From Diadema antillarum (lineage: Eukaryota), in contig NW_027271076.1 of NCBI RefSeq assembly GCF_040938485.1, forward strand, positions 310,001-374,000: a DNA stretch of 64,000 nt, read 5' to 3'. Numbering within the stretch: position 1 is the stretch's first letter; every line of letters begins with the position of its first letter. Position numbers and translations under genes: made by a program. The notes beneath the pieces are model-generated. The model did not search any database. It was not told where the DNA came from and was given only the letters and a program-made list of their open reading frames with translations. Shown in pieces: positions 62,127-64,000 of the stretch.

Positions 62127-62770
62127 TTTGACCTTGCATCACAAAACCAACAAAAAGCCTGCAGACAACTGTGTTAAGTTAAGGGCAGATTCTGAAAGAG
62201 CAGACTTTAAGCTTTAAAATGATGTATGACTCAATTCAAATGGATTTTCCTAACCTATCTTAAATAGTGATATTAAAGATAGTACACACTTTGGAAAAGT
62301 GTGTACTGAGAAAAGAGGTTCTGAAGATTAGGGTCTATTCAAGCGCCATGCTGTGTGCAATGAATGGGAAAAAAAAAAAAACTCCACAGCGACAATATTG
62401 AAGGGATTATCAGATGTAACTGAAAATGATCCTGCTCTATTAACATATTTTGTCCATGACTAATTCCAACATTAAAAGCAGTACCGCTATGCTTTTAAAA
62501 GTTTTAGTTTTTTGGTGTGTTTTTTACAGTTGAGAGTGATGAGTGTGTAAAAGGATTTTCAGAAATGAAAACGAGACTTACGACACACCTAATCACACTA
62601 TTCTACAACAATATGTCCTAGAAAAAACTGCTCAAAACACAATATTTCCCCTACGTGTTCTGATCTCAAACTTTAGCATGATATAGAAGAATCGCTCTTT
62701 CTGAACATATGAGTCCACATGTAAAATCAGTGAGTGCGACCTTTTATTGGTTTTGTGATTGACGTTCACA
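62127..62770 (+). mobile_element. MITE family 1, intron of copy 7
   Basis: Decayed TIRs, TA flanks, family interior. Confidence 0.82.
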
Positions 62771-62887
62771 TACAGTATACGCTTGTTACTTTGAACAGAA
62801 GCTTGTCATACCCTTTCTGACAGAAAAATTCCAATGAATAATTTCATGTAGAAACACAAATATAATTATGTGTGTACATTTTTCTCT

Positions 62888-62939
<52 letters not shown>

Positions 62940-63315
62940 ACATATATATGGTAAACATGGTAAACACGTTCTGAAGTATCAGGTAGTTAGGAGTGGAATT
63001 TTTCCTCTGTGAAAAAAAAAAAAAATCCGCTGTGTAAATGACGGTTTTCATTGATCTCTGGTTTTCAGTTTTCCATGCTTCAATTAGGAGAACACTACCA
63101 GAACATTTTGTATGAGAGCCGAATATAAGTGCAGCTGGAAATATTAGAAAGAAAAAAAATTATAGTACAATGTTATATTTTGTGTTATCCTACCGTTGAA
63201 TTAAACAAGAAAATACATGCTGATGATGTTAAAAATGTGTAGCAGTAGGATATTTGTATGACGGTTTAATTTTTGCAAACGAAGAAAATACAAACACGCG
63301 CAAACACTACCTTAC

Positions 63316-63420
63316 CTCATGAAGAAAATCAGGTTGGTCTCCCAGTGAGCTGCGTCCAGAACGACTGGAATTAACTTGTGATTTGTGGAACTTCGGAAAA
63401 CTTCGACATTACTTTTATAT
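63316..63420 (-). promoter_or_regulatory. TATA box plus exon 1 of copy 7 (about 20 nt longer than in paralogs)
   Basis: TATAAAAG at 63419-63412. The exon ends CATGAG|GTAAGG. Confidence 0.72.
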
Positions 63421-64000
63421 GACAGGACGTCGCTAGATCGTTAGCGAGTCCACTCTTAAAGTAACTGAATGTCATAAGTCACAAAGAGGCCACTTTTGAA
63501 TTCCTGCAAACTCAGCTTGAGCTCATTTGTTATTGTTACATATATAATTTTAGAAGTCATACTACTTTACAGAAAATTCAAGAGGATCTTTTCGATCGAT
63601 CGACATGACAAAGAAACGCATCAACATCGCAGTTTTCTGCGCAAACATCGCAATGTTACATCTACAACGGTCATTAATCCGTGCATGGATTGAAACGACG
63701 CTAATGGATGTGCAATGTAGTTTTTTTTTTTTTTTCCGAGAAAAAGAAAATACATCATTCGGGTTCTTTCCCTCTTTGTAGGAAAAAAGATCAACGATAC
63801 GACAGAGTTCCTAGGTTCACTGACTCATGCGTAGATTGCATCTCTCTTTTTGTCTTTCTTTCCTTCTTTCTCCCTCTCTCTTTCTCATTCTCTCGTTCTC
63901 AAAGACATACGCGCAGAATTCACGAATGTCTACCTCATCAGTTTTCTCTGCTCTTTGTCCGTTTTTTTTTTTTCTTTCTTCCATCATGGTAGTTCCATGA

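Overview
This is AT-rich, microsatellite-rich animal DNA that looks echinoderm-like (sea urchin is likely; this is inference from composition and receptor type). It holds a head-to-tail array of seven paralogous class A (rhodopsin-like, galanin/allatostatin-A-receptor-like) GPCR units, all on the minus strand: six open reading frames and one pseudogene. Each unit is a duplicated cassette: conserved upstream block, TATA box, ~50-70 nt exon 1, intron, then one large coding exon. The copies show birth-and-death changes: a deleted promoter plus nonsense codons (copy 5), an in-frame TM6/ECL3 deletion (copy 1), and a truncated or extended C-tail (copies 7 and 4). The most striking observation is an ATG at the end of exon 1. 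It opens an overlapping out-of-frame uORF in copies 1, 6 and 7, but has been moved into frame with the receptor by two different +2-nt changes in copies 3 and 4. Between the genes lie about 14 copies of a TGTGACC-ended MITE and several nested DNA transposons (piggyBac-like, Kolobok-like, foldback, and a 2.9-kb element with CGGCCG ends). There is also a probable degenerate Crypton joined to a palindromic partner element, and an RFX X-box cluster upstream of copy 4. All alignments were made by eye; no database searches were run.
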